From: Thermoplasmata archaeon
GTDB taxonomy: Archaea > Thermoplasmatota > Thermoplasmata > Thermoplasmatales > GCA-001856825
Direction: 5' to 3'
NCBI GenBank assembly: GCA_021792255.1
Contig: JAJYUZ010000003.1
Location: 281,032 to 345,031 of the forward strand
DNA length: 64,000 nucleotides
The position numbers and the translations under genes are program-made. Shown here piece after piece: positions 18,303-28,019 of this stretch. The number at the start of each line of letters is the position of its first letter. The stretch's first letter is position 1. The notes under the pieces were generated by a model. That model made no database searches, was not told the origin of the DNA, and saw only the letters and a program-made list of their open reading frames with translations.

Positions 18303-18911
18303 ATGGAAGAGTTTGAAATAGTTGAGCATGTACCAGATAAATCGGGCAAGGGATTCTCAGTAATTGCGATAGATTTCAACGGTCCAAAGTTTGTGAAGAT
18401 CAACGCAGTCGAAGAACCTAAGGCATACACAACGATAAAGATAGATGGAGACAAGGCACTCTATGGTGAGAAGCAAATAGGCAGAGTGACCGATAGGAAG
18501 GATTCAAGCGAAGTGAGAATCAGCACCAAGTACGACATCAAATATACAGGGGGTTATTCGCTAGACGGGAAGACCGTCTATCTGGACGAGCACTTCCCAA
18601 AGAAGCTGATGGTGGAAGGCAAGGAAATAAGTGCAGAAGAGAGCATTGGATTCCACCACGAACTGCCAGAAAAGTGGATGTCCGACATAGGTTACGAATA
18701 TCCTCACGCGCACGAGATTGCGACCGGAATCGAAAAGAAGTACGTCGAATCTCAGGGAGTCACCTGGAAGGGGTATTGCACAGAAGTCGATAAGAATCTG
18801 AGACTCGTTTACAGGAACAAACTGGAGAAATCTCCACCTTCTCTTGACCTGGCACCATACCTTTATTGTAGGGACAGGGAAGCGCTAAAGGAGATAAGAG
18901 AGAGTAAGTGA
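18303..18911 (+). CDS. hypothetical protein with a putative metal site (HExxE...H)
   Basis: long ORF with plausible composition; HHELPE and YPHAHEIA. Confidence 0.75.
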   Translation: MEEFEIVEHVPDKSGKGFSVIAIDFNGPKFVKINAVEEPKAYTTIKIDGDKALYGEKQIGRVTDRKDSSEVRISTKYDIKYTGGYSLDGKTVYLDEHFPKKLMVEGKEISAEESIGFHHELPEKWMSDIGYEYPHAHEIATGIEKKYVESQGVTWKGYCTEVDKNLRLVYRNKLEKSPPSLDLAPYLYCRDREALKEIRESK

Positions 18912-18991
18912 CTTTAGCCTATTTTTCCAAAATATTGCTCTTCATTTGAACAAGAGTTAATAGATAGCTTTACATTAAGAATGGAAGACAA

Positions 18992-19165
18992 ATGAGTCGT
19001 CAGATTACGAACCTGTCGTTTTTTCTTCTGATCATCTCATTTTTTATTGCGACCTTGGGGGTTTGGTACTTGACCGGTCTATCGGTGAAGTACTTCGCAC
19101 TGGCGACCAAAGATCATCTTCTCGCTTTTTTCAAAGGCGTCGTTGACTTCTTCAATGTCTTCTGA
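18992..19165 (+). CDS. small membrane protein (57 aa), absent from the ORF track
   Basis: MSRQITNLSFFLLIISFFIATLGVWYLTGLSVKYFALATKDHLLAFFKGVVDFFNVF; AT-rich promoter-like sequence upstream. Confidence 0.55.
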   Translation: MSRQITNLSFFLLIISFFIATLGVWYLTGLSVKYFALATKDHLLAFFKGVVDFFNVF

Positions 19166-19277
19166 TGCCGAGTGGAAGGGACTTCCTTAACGGACCTATT
19201 TTCTGATTTGACTGGTTTATCGTGGAGTTACAGGTCTGTATTAGAAGAATAAATTTAGTTAGACGCAATTCCCCCAC

Positions 19278-20441
19278 ATGGGTCCAAGAATCCTGTTGTA
19301 CACAGGAAAGGGTGGAGTTGGAAAGACGAGCATCGCTGCTTCAACGGCGTGTTCGATTGCTAAGAGAAAGAAGAAAACGTTAGTCATTTCCACCGATCCA
19401 GCTCATAGCCTAGGAGATGCTTTTGGTACCGAGATAGGACCGAAACCTAAACAGTTGACGGAGAATCTTTACGCCCAGGAGATAAGCGTTAATGAGGCAA
19501 TAAATACCCACTGGAATGAACTGAAGGGATACCTCACAGGATTGTTTCAGACGGAAGGACTGGATCCAATTTCTGCGGAAGAAATAGCCACGCTTCCCGG
19601 GTTCGACGAAGCATCTCAGCTGCTCTACTTGAGACAGCATTATGACGAAAAGAAGTATGATGCGATCATAATCGATAGTGCACCGACTGGAGAGTCCCTG
19701 AAGCTCCTCTCGTTCCCAGAAGCACTTACGTGGTACATGGACAAAATATTCCCAGTAGGAAGACTTGCAGCAAAGCTGGTTCGCCCCGTTTGGAATACTG
19801 TTTCAAATCTTTCTATACCAGACGACGAGGTCTTCAGGAGCGTTGAAAGCCTCTATGATTATCTTAGGAAGATCCGGTCAATCCTAACAGATTCCAAGAT
19901 TTCTACGATCAGACTCGTAATGAATCCTGACAAAATGTCCCTCAGCGAAACGAAGAGAGCCTTCACGTATCTTCTTCTCTATGGTTATCCAGTCGATTCA
20001 GTTTTTGTGAACAAGATTTACGACGAAACCACCGGTTCCTTCTTCAAAGGATGGAGGTCAAATCAAGGAGAAATAATCAAGGACGTCAATGATTCTTTTA
20101 CGGATCTCAAGATATTCAAGGTACCGATGCTGAAGGAAGAGCCAATTGGCTTAGAGAGACTCGAAGATATGTCGGATCTGATCTATACTGATACAGACCC
20201 TCTTGATACCTTTTCGAAGGAGAAGAGCATCCAATTCATCAAGAAGGATGGAAAATATATCATCAGACTGAAACTGCCATTTGCAGAAAAGAAGAATCTG
20301 GAAATATTCAACAAGGGAGGGGAACTCATAATTCAGCTCGGGAACTGGAAGAGAGTTTTTTATCTTCCAACAGTCTTCTCTGACAGAAACCCAGTAAAGG
20401 CAGAGTTTATTAACGGCGTTCTTGATATAGAAATGGAGTAG
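19278..20441 (+). CDS. ArsA/Get3-family ATPase with C-terminal HSP20-like domain
   Basis: GKGGVGKT, STDPAHSL, DSAPTG; C-terminal LKLPF..ELIIQLGNWKR..LP. Confidence 0.9.
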   Translation: MGPRILLYTGKGGVGKTSIAASTACSIAKRKKKTLVISTDPAHSLGDAFGTEIGPKPKQLTENLYAQEISVNEAINTHWNELKGYLTGLFQTEGLDPISAEEIATLPGFDEASQLLYLRQHYDEKKYDAIIIDSAPTGESLKLLSFPEALTWYMDKIFPVGRLAAKLVRPVWNTVSNLSIPDDEVFRSVESLYDYLRKIRSILTDSKISTIRLVMNPDKMSLSETKRAFTYLLLYGYPVDSVFVNKIYDETTGSFFKGWRSNQGEIIKDVNDSFTDLKIFKVPMLKEEPIGLERLEDMSDLIYTDTDPLDTFSKEKSIQFIKKDGKYIIRLKLPFAEKKNLEIFNKGGELIIQLGNWKRVFYLPTVFSDRNPVKAEFINGVLDIEME

Positions 20442-20442
20442 C

Positions 20443-20631
20443 ATGGCAGAAGATGATAAGGAAGACAGGATCACGATAGAAATCAAGATAACGGTACCTT
20501 CAATGAGCCACGGCGTTGGAAGTGCCCTGAATCACTTCTTAAAAGCATCCGAGGAAATAATGAAGGCAGGTAAGTCTGTCATGGTCAAGCCAGAAATAAA
20601 AACAAAAATGAAGAAAGTAGAGATAAAATAA
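20443..20631 (+). CDS. small hypothetical protein coupled to the ArsA-like gene
   Basis: starts 1 nt after the upstream stop; GGAG SD. Confidence 0.7.
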   Translation: MAEDDKEDRITIEIKITVPSMSHGVGSALNHFLKASEEIMKAGKSVMVKPEIKTKMKKVEIK

Positions 20632-20939
20632 CTACATCCTCGTCTCTTTGACTTCAGAAATACTGCACAGAATAGTTGTCGATTTAATTCCTAACCTTTT
20701 TCGTTTTCCCTGACTTTTTTTTACCCCAGTTTCATTATAATCTATGGAGAATATTAATCGTTAAATATAGTTGCATCATCCATAATACGTATGATTTCCA
20801 TTGCTGCTCTTTTTGGTACAATAGGGAAAGGCATTCTCGGCTTGAGAAGCAGCTGGAGTTTTGCTAACACGGTAGATCTGCTGCGTAGCTTCACAACAGC
20901 AATAGCGTTCAATAAAAAGGAGCGTCCGTTCCTTCTTTC

Positions 20940-21797
20940 TCACCTGGAGCTAATGAAAATTCCAATCGCAATTAGCACAAATCCACCTAGGTTCAATGGA
21001 TTTAGAGTTTCGTTATTCAAAAATGTGCTGAACAAGATGGAAAGTGCTGGAACGGCAAAGAGATATGGAGATACGTGAGAGACCCTGTACTTCTTGATCA
21101 GACTCCAGTAGATGAAATATGCTGCGGAAGATCCAATAGCCCCCATATAGAGAGTGAGGAGGATGAAGTTGAAAGTTAGTGGTTTTAATCCACCATAGAA
21201 GAGGGTCACAACGAGTATTACGGGGATCGCGAACAAAAACTGGTAGGTGTTGACTGCCCCCATATCGGCATCTCTCAGGTACTTCTTGTAATAAATTGTT
21301 CCAGCTGACCAAGAAACGGCAGATCCAACCAACAGGAACAGGCCTATGCTATAACTGACAGAGAGCTGATTTATGAAAATTACTACTACCCCCACAAATC
21401 CTATGAACAGACCCAGAATCTTTCCAGTTGACAGCTTCTCCTGCAGAAACAACCAGGAAAAGAAAACAGAAACGATAGGATATGTGTATACAAGAATTGA
21501 AGAGATAGAAGAACTTTCGGTTCTCTCCCCCACGAACCATAGCCCCATGAATATTGAGATATTGAAAAGGCTCATCAAAAAGAGTTTACCAATGCCTATG
21601 CTCCTGAGTGACCTTAGAGCGGAATATGAGAAAGGAATTGAGAATACCGAAGCAAATATTATTCTGAAGAGGAGGGCCACCATCGGAGGCTCGTAGAGCA
21701 GTGCAAACTTCAGAAAAGAGTAGTTTAGGGCCCATGAAGAAGACATGATCAAGAAAAGCAAAATGTCAAGGGGTTTAGTTCCTCTGTAGTTCACCAA
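20940..21797 (-). CDS. DMT/EamA-family transporter
   Basis: 10 TM in two repeats; LVYTYPI, FLQEKL. Confidence 0.88.
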   Translation of the reverse strand: MVNYRGTKPLDILLFLIMSSSWALNYSFLKFALLYEPPMVALLFRIIFASVFSIPFSYSALRSLRSIGIGKLFLMSLFNISIFMGLWFVGERTESSSISSILVYTYPIVSVFFSWLFLQEKLSTGKILGLFIGFVGVVVIFINQLSVSYSIGLFLLVGSAVSWSAGTIYYKKYLRDADMGAVNTYQFLFAIPVILVVTLFYGGLKPLTFNFILLTLYMGAIGSSAAYFIYWSLIKKYRVSHVSPYLFAVPALSILFSTFLNNETLNPLNLGGFVLIAIGIFISSR

Positions 21798-21965
21798 CGG
21801 TCAATCCATAGCGACCATATATCGTTTTTCAGATATTTTTCGTCCTAAGGTAATATGGGAATAATTTACTTCTTTGTCAGAGATGTAATTAAGACCAGAA
21901 AAGTGTGTAGGTTAATTATATTAACTTAGTTTATATATGGGATTGTGCAACACAGTCATTATGAC

Positions 21966-22304
21966 ATGGAAACCAGAAAGAATTCCACTTGTCCTGTGGA
22001 AAGAACCCTATACATACTGAGGGATGTCTGGACTTTCATGATATTAAGAGATCTCGAGCCTGAATCTAAAGGATTCAACCAACTCAAGAAATCTGTCGAA
22101 GGTATCTCATCCCGAATGCTCTCGGAAAAACTGAAGTTTTTGGAGGAAGAAGGAATTCTCAGTAGAACTGTCAGTGATTCTAGGCCGGTGCGAGTCACTT
22201 ACGCGCTTTCCGAAAAGGGGAAGTCTCTGAGCGCAGTAGTCGAATCAATGAGACACTGGGGAGATATGTGGATATCGACAAGTAGGGAGAACTGTGACAA
22301 CTGA
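21966..22304 (+). CDS. HxlR-family winged-helix regulator
   Basis: CPVERTL..L...W, GIS.RMLSEKLK.LE, RVTYALSEKG. Confidence 0.9.
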   Translation: METRKNSTCPVERTLYILRDVWTFMILRDLEPESKGFNQLKKSVEGISSRMLSEKLKFLEEEGILSRTVSDSRPVRVTYALSEKGKSLSAVVESMRHWGDMWISTSRENCDN

Positions 22305-22875
22305 GAATCTATACTTAGAAGGAGAAGAAAAATTCGGACCTGTCACTTCCTTTTTGTTCGGTCTTAGCTCCGTTGTTCTAAACAAGTATTACGATGCAAT
22401 CGTGGAAGATCTCAGGGGAAAGAAGTTCGGTAGTTTACTGGACTTGGGTTGTGGCAGGGGAAACCTCCTCATAAAGCTGGCAGGTGAGCTTCAAACCCCG
22501 AGTTTCTACGGCCTTGACCCCTCGCCATATATGCTAAAGAGCGCCCAGAAGAATCTCACGAAAAAGGGATTGACATCCAGGTTGAAAGTGAAAATTGGAA
22601 GCAGTAGGGTCATTCCCTTCGATGAAAAGTTTGATGCAATTATATCGTCTTTCTCTTACCATCACTGGAAGGATCGTGATAGTTCCATTGCCACAATAGC
22701 TTCTCATTTGAGCGATGACGGTTTCATTTCCATATACGAACACGAGGTTGGACGTGATAGAATAAGCAAATCCCACGGAATTAAGGAATCAGACTGGGAG
22801 CATCTTGAAGTCGAAGGTTTAAAAAAGACCGTAACGCACAATAATGGACTTATTATTCTCACACTGACTAGATGA
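22294..22875 (+). CDS. class I SAM-dependent methyltransferase
   Basis: LLDLGCGRG, GLDPS, FDAI..SFSYHHW. Confidence 0.9.
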   Translation: MTTENLYLEGEEKFGPVTSFLFGLSSVVLNKYYDAIVEDLRGKKFGSLLDLGCGRGNLLIKLAGELQTPSFYGLDPSPYMLKSAQKNLTKKGLTSRLKVKIGSSRVIPFDEKFDAIISSFSYHHWKDRDSSIATIASHLSDDGFISIYEHEVGRDRISKSHGIKESDWEHLEVEGLKKTVTHNNGLIILTLTR

Positions 22876-22940
22876 GATTTTAGGACAGTTTAAGTTGGCT
22901 AATTCTTTTATCTTCCCGCCTAATAATCTATGCTAACAGG

Positions 22941-24137
22941 ATGAGAAAACTCACTATTAATGGCTATATCGCAATTGCGCTGCTACTCCAGATCAGTGTA
23001 CTTTTAATTAGATTGACGGGAATGCTGATCTACAGGAACTTTGCGCTTCTCTTTGAGAGTTTTCACATTCTGACGGATCTGCTCGTAACGATCGTTGTTT
23101 TCGCTGCCGTAAAGCTCTCTAACAGCAGGTACAGCAAGAGGTACTCCTATGGATTGTTTAGAATAGAGGATCTAGTGTCACTAGCAATAGCCGTTCTTAT
23201 AGTATATACGGCTGTGGACCTTCTTTTCACAGTTTTATCCACTACTCCATCTTCAAATCTAGAATCTGGTATGATTCAACTTGCCTCGGTGGTACCACTG
23301 TATTTATCAGGAATAGTGAAGATAGTCGGAGGTCGAGCCGTAAATTCTCCGTCTCTAGTCTCCGATGGCTACCACAACTATTCTGATGTCTACGTAGGAC
23401 TGGGCGTCGGGACCGGACTCTTGGTGAGCTTTGCGACCAATATTCGAATCTTTTATTTCTTAGCGATTGGCATGGCAGCCCTCGGAATCTTGTACACTGC
23501 GTTTAAAATAGGGAGGGATAGCGTCATAGGAATAATGGACTTGCCGAAAGACAAGAAAGTGATTCCCAAGATAGCTGACATTGTCAGGCAAAATAAAGAG
23601 GTCACCGATATCAGAACGATAAAAGCACGGTGGGCAGGACCCGTCATTTTCGTAGAGATTGTGCTCACCATGAACAGCAAAATCACGATGGAAGAAGCCC
23701 ATGATGTAGCCGATTCTCTAGAAAAGAGAATACTAAGTGAAATATCGGATGTAAGGGATGTCGTGATCCATATAGAACCTTCCAAGGACTCTGAAAGAGT
23801 GGTCATTGTACCCACTTCTGAACACGATAAGATAGAGTTAAAGACGTCAAAATCGCTGAGTTATCTCATCGTTACTATAAAGGACGGAAAGAGGGTCTCT
23901 TCTAAGAGTGTGCAGGTGAATTTGAAGGACATCACATCTGAGAAGAATGCTCAGAGAGTACTCTCGATTGCCAGACAACATCTGGTCACTGATGCCCTAG
24001 TCTTAAACAGCGGTGAAGTTCTTTCGTCTTTACTGGCGGTAAACCACATTGAAGTCTGGAAAGCCCAATCAGAATCTGTCGAAGAGAATCTAGACTTGTT
24101 GGTCCAGAACAAACTCAACAGATTGCATTCCGACTGA
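22941..24137 (+). CDS. cation diffusion facilitator with C-terminal NifB/NifX-like extension
   Basis: H..TD and H..SD sites, YG..R.E, EAHDVA, HIEP, plus about 115 extra residues. Confidence 0.88.
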   Translation: MRKLTINGYIAIALLLQISVLLIRLTGMLIYRNFALLFESFHILTDLLVTIVVFAAVKLSNSRYSKRYSYGLFRIEDLVSLAIAVLIVYTAVDLLFTVLSTTPSSNLESGMIQLASVVPLYLSGIVKIVGGRAVNSPSLVSDGYHNYSDVYVGLGVGTGLLVSFATNIRIFYFLAIGMAALGILYTAFKIGRDSVIGIMDLPKDKKVIPKIADIVRQNKEVTDIRTIKARWAGPVIFVEIVLTMNSKITMEEAHDVADSLEKRILSEISDVRDVVIHIEPSKDSERVVIVPTSEHDKIELKTSKSLSYLIVTIKDGKRVSSKSVQVNLKDITSEKNAQRVLSIARQHLVTDALVLNSGEVLSSLLAVNHIEVWKAQSESVEENLDLLVQNKLNRLHSD

Positions 24138-24592
24138 TCTCGATTTGGTCCGCTTCAAAGCATGTCCTTCGGATGTTCTAAGAGTACTTCGTCCGTTTAT
24201 TCCGATAATGGAAATTGCCAGGTTTGTTCCCTTTTTGGAAGAGAAGAAAGGCGTCTCAGGATCTCTGGAAGCGTTATGCAAGGAGTCATTTCGTTAGGTG
24301 TGTTACACTTAGTGATGATAACTTTTACAACTCAGTGGTTCTGAATCCCGGGACTTTCTCTTGGGAGTGTACCCATTGCTTGACCGAACTTGCGTAGAGA
24401 TCATTTGCGTCTACGGAATTTAAAAGGGCACCGTTTTCATTGAAGACAAAATGAAAGAGTATTTTATCTTGCCTTGAAAACTCAAAGTTCGACAATAAGG
24501 TCCGGACATCTAGTTCAGAATTTGAGGTAATCTCGCCATTATGATTCGTCTTACGAAAAAGAAATTAGGCTCCTCGTTATGAATGCAATGCT

Positions 24593-24832
24593 ATGCTGGA
24601 CTTTGCTCAGGGAGTTGAGAAAGTAAGGAGCCACATGAAGCTTGCATTCAGCATCGATGAATTCAATATTACAATGGCAAAATTCGAAAAAGATCAGACG
24701 AATGAGAAGGAAGTTTGGAGATACAATATTGAATATCTGTCCTCGGGAAAACCAAGCAAGGCGATGATAGAGATTAACGCAAACACGGGAGACGTAATTC
24801 TTTTCCAGCGGGAATCTCAGTGGAGACTATAG
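24593..24832 (+). CDS. small PepSY-like protein
   Basis: W.Y.IEY...MIEINANTGDVI. Confidence 0.6.
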   Translation: MLDFAQGVEKVRSHMKLAFSIDEFNITMAKFEKDQTNEKEVWRYNIEYLSSGKPSKAMIEINANTGDVILFQRESQWRL

Positions 24833-24930
24833 AACCCAGTCCTCTTCAAAGACTTTGAACGATAGCGAGCTATTCAGGGTAAGATTATGTATTGTGATGG
24901 AGTATCCTTTTTACCGAATGAGATGAATCG

Positions 24931-26823
24931 ATGAAGATACTGCAGCTGGACGTTGAAAACATGACTTATGAGCTGTTAGAGCCGGAGGCGAGCGTTTACG
25001 ACGAAAGCGAGGAGAAGAAGTATTCTATCGACGAAGCTGTGGTAATGTTGATTTCCGTTGAAAAGGGAGACAATGAAGTAGTGGCAAGAGAGGCTATAGA
25101 GGACACTACTACTTTCATGGAGAGACAAAAAAGGAAGTTACTGCTCATTTATCCCTTCGCACACCTCAGTAGAAACCTCGCTCCGCCAAGGGAAGCAATG
25201 AGACTTTTGGAATTGATGCAGAAAATCGGGTCTGAGAAAGTTGAGGTAAAGAAAGCTCCATTTGGGTGGAATAAGAAATGGAGCATCGGAATTAAGGGTC
25301 ATCCTCTCGCCGAACAATTGAAGAATTACGGGGGGACAGATCTGGAAGTAGCCATCTCAAAAGAGACACAGAGAGAGATTGTCAAGGGAGGGATCTCTGA
25401 TGCGATAAAGCAAGAAGAGAAAGTCAAATCTACGTGGTATATCTTGACCGCGGAAGGGGAGCTGATTCCGAGATCGGACTATAGGGAGAATGGGCATGAG
25501 AATCTTAAAAAATTTGCAGATTATGAAATAACAAAGGTCAGAACTTATCAGCAGGTTCCACCACACATAAAGCTGATGCAAAAGCTGCAACTTGTTGACT
25601 ACGAGCCAGGGTCAGATCAAGGAAATATGCGTTTCTACCCTAATGGAAGATTGGTAAAGAGTCTTCTCGAGAGGTACGTTACCGAGAGAGCATTAAAATA
25701 TGGTGCAATCGAGGTGGAAACGCCCATAATGTACGACTATGAACACCCCGCTCTCAAGGAGTACTTGAACAGATTTCCTTCAAGGCACTACACCGTGAGA
25801 TCCGACGACAAAGAGTTCTTCCTCAGATTTTCTGCGGATTTTGGACAGTTCCTCCTAATGAGTGATGCGACCATATCCTACAAGCAGCTACCATTTAGGT
25901 TCTACGAAATGACAAGATATAGTTTCAGGAGAGAACTCAGCGGTGAGCTCACCGGACTGAAGAGATTGAGGGCATTCACAATGCCCGATATGCACACGAT
26001 GTGCGCTGACATCGAGCAAGCGAAGGATGAGTTCAAGAAACAATTCGATTTTTGTGTATCAGTGCTCGATGAGATTGGCATAAAGCGAGGTTCGTATGAA
26101 GCAGCTATAAGGTGCACAGACGAATTCTGGAGAGATCACAATGAATTCATCAAGTATTTGGTTGGAACGTTCGGTAGACCAGTGCTCGTGGAGATGTGGA
26201 ACTTTAGGTATGCCTATTTTGATCCTAAGTTCGAATTTAACATAATTGATTCTATGGGCAAAGCTACCGCACTGTCTACTGTCCAGATGGATCACGAGAA
26301 TGGAGAGAGATATAAAATGACCTATGTGGATGCGAACAGTAATAGGCAGTTCCCAATAATACTCCACGATTCGCCGAGCGGAGCAATCGAGAGGGTTATC
26401 TATGCGTTACTCGAACAGGCGGCCGAGATGGAAAAGGAGGGTAAGATTCCATCTCTACCACTCTGGCTCTCCCCTACCCAAGTGCGACTCATTCCCCTCG
26501 GTGAAAGACACACGGAAAAGTGTATCGAAATCTCCAATTCAATGAGCAAAAGCGGTATCAGAGTGGATGTAGATGATACCGATGCGTCGCTCAATAAGAA
26601 AGTGAGGAATGCAGAACAGAGTTGGGTGCCATACGTATGTGTTATTGGTGATAGAGAACTGGAGTCAGGTAGGCTCACCGTAAGGATTAGGGGTAAAGCG
26701 AGCCAGTTTGAGATGTCGACGGAAGAGTTGGTGAATGGTATTCTAGGGATAGTCAAACAAATGCCAAATGGAACACTGTCACTTTCAATGATGCTTTCCC
26801 GGAGACCGACCTTCAGGGGATAA
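24931..26823 (+). CDS. thrS: threonine--tRNA ligase, archaeal type with N-terminal editing domain
   Basis: YPFAHLS, APFGWNK, GHPLAE; FRRE, RLRAFTMPDMH, SGAIER; anticodon-binding domain. Confidence 0.95.
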   Translation: MKILQLDVENMTYELLEPEASVYDESEEKKYSIDEAVVMLISVEKGDNEVVAREAIEDTTTFMERQKRKLLLIYPFAHLSRNLAPPREAMRLLELMQKIGSEKVEVKKAPFGWNKKWSIGIKGHPLAEQLKNYGGTDLEVAISKETQREIVKGGISDAIKQEEKVKSTWYILTAEGELIPRSDYRENGHENLKKFADYEITKVRTYQQVPPHIKLMQKLQLVDYEPGSDQGNMRFYPNGRLVKSLLERYVTERALKYGAIEVETPIMYDYEHPALKEYLNRFPSRHYTVRSDDKEFFLRFSADFGQFLLMSDATISYKQLPFRFYEMTRYSFRRELSGELTGLKRLRAFTMPDMHTMCADIEQAKDEFKKQFDFCVSVLDEIGIKRGSYEAAIRCTDEFWRDHNEFIKYLVGTFGRPVLVEMWNFRYAYFDPKFEFNIIDSMGKATALSTVQMDHENGERYKMTYVDANSNRQFPIILHDSPSGAIERVIYALLEQAAEMEKEGKIPSLPLWLSPTQVRLIPLGERHTEKCIEISNSMSKSGIRVDVDDTDASLNKKVRNAEQSWVPYVCVIGDRELESGRLTVRIRGKASQFEMSTEELVNGILGIVKQMPNGTLSLSMMLSRRPTFRG

Positions 26824-26963
26824 CAGAACTTATTCCAAGATATCCCAATAGAGAATTGACCTACAGAAGCATAAATTCTTTAAATAGCTAAATTATTTGT
26901 TTTTGAGATGGTCTTACGACTATAGAACAAATTCTCGGCGACAAAAATGATAGAGAAGGAGAA

Positions 26964-27311
26964 TTGCTTGAAGAACTGAAAAAGATCAGAACCCTGCTGG
27001 AACCAAAACCAGCTGCCCCGCCTCCCAAAGGATTCGTGAAGGAGTTCAAGGCGTTCCTGGATCAGTACAAAGTTATGGGAATGGCAGTCGCTTTCATACT
27101 TGGTCTGTATTTAGGAATACTAATTCAGGCTCTGGTCACGGATCTGATTATGCCTTTTATCGACCTGCTGATGCCCGGCGTAGCGTGGCAGACCATACAT
27201 TTTGGTCCCTTCCTTGTGGGACAATTTTTGGGAGCCTTGGTGACCTTCATAATAATTGCATTGGTGATATTCCTGATGGTCAAGATGACCACAAAGGCTG
27301 GAATAAAGTAG
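26964..27311 (+). CDS. mscL: large-conductance mechanosensitive channel
   Basis: EFKAFL, MAVAFILG, LVTDLIMP, GQFLGALVTFIIIA. Confidence 0.88.
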   Translation: MLEELKKIRTLLEPKPAAPPPKGFVKEFKAFLDQYKVMGMAVAFILGLYLGILIQALVTDLIMPFIDLLMPGVAWQTIHFGPFLVGQFLGALVTFIIIALVIFLMVKMTTKAGIK

Positions 27312-27397
27312 TTGCCCAGTCTTTTAGTTTGGTACAGGGACTTGACTCAATAGTCAGGGGTATGAGCTGAAGTTATGGTTATTTATATATATTAAGT

Positions 27398-27952
27398 ATG
27401 CATATCGTACTTATGGAAGCAACCGAAAATTCCAACAAATGGAGCATTGACAAATCACACAGCAACCTAGAGTTCTCTGTAAGACACATGATGATTTCCA
27501 ACGTGAGGGGCCGGTTTAAGTCCTTTAGCGGAGATGTGAACCTAGACCTAGATAACACAGCAGATTCTAATGTCAAACTTGATATAGATGCTGGTTCGAT
27601 ATTTACCAACGAGGAAGACAGAGATAAACATCTCAAGTCTCCTGACTTCCTTCACATTGAGAAGTTTCCCCTTGTAAAGTTCGAAAGTGCAAAGATAATA
27701 AAGGTAGGAAATCAGCTAGATATAGAGGGAAAGCTCACCATCAAGGATGTCACTAAGGACGTGTCCATCTCTGGAGAGCTTCAGGGACCGATCAAGGATC
27801 CTTATGGTAAGAAAAGAATAGGATTCGATGGTGGAACAACCATAGTCAGAAAGGACTACGGATTGACCTGGAATATGATGCTTGAGGGTGGAGGCATTTT
27901 GGTGGGAGACAACGTGAAAATAGACATTCACATGGAGCTAACCTCTCCATAA
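27398..27952 (+). CDS. YceI-family lipid/polyisoprenoid-binding protein
   Basis: WSIDKSHS.LEFSVRHMM, RDKHLKSPDF, RKDYGLTWN. Confidence 0.93.
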   Translation: MHIVLMEATENSNKWSIDKSHSNLEFSVRHMMISNVRGRFKSFSGDVNLDLDNTADSNVKLDIDAGSIFTNEEDRDKHLKSPDFLHIEKFPLVKFESAKIIKVGNQLDIEGKLTIKDVTKDVSISGELQGPIKDPYGKKRIGFDGGTTIVRKDYGLTWNMMLEGGGILVGDNVKIDIHMELTSP

Positions 27953-28019
27953 TTTCTTTATTTTTGACGAACAATATAATCAACTGAATCGATCGAAGTT
28001 CGGGTTGCGTAAAGTTTAA

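Noticed and set aside
24162-24397. Two short Cys-containing ORFs (CQVC, CTHC)
   Set aside because: Could be a frameshifted Zn-finger or ferredoxin remnant, but no recognisable family or start signals.
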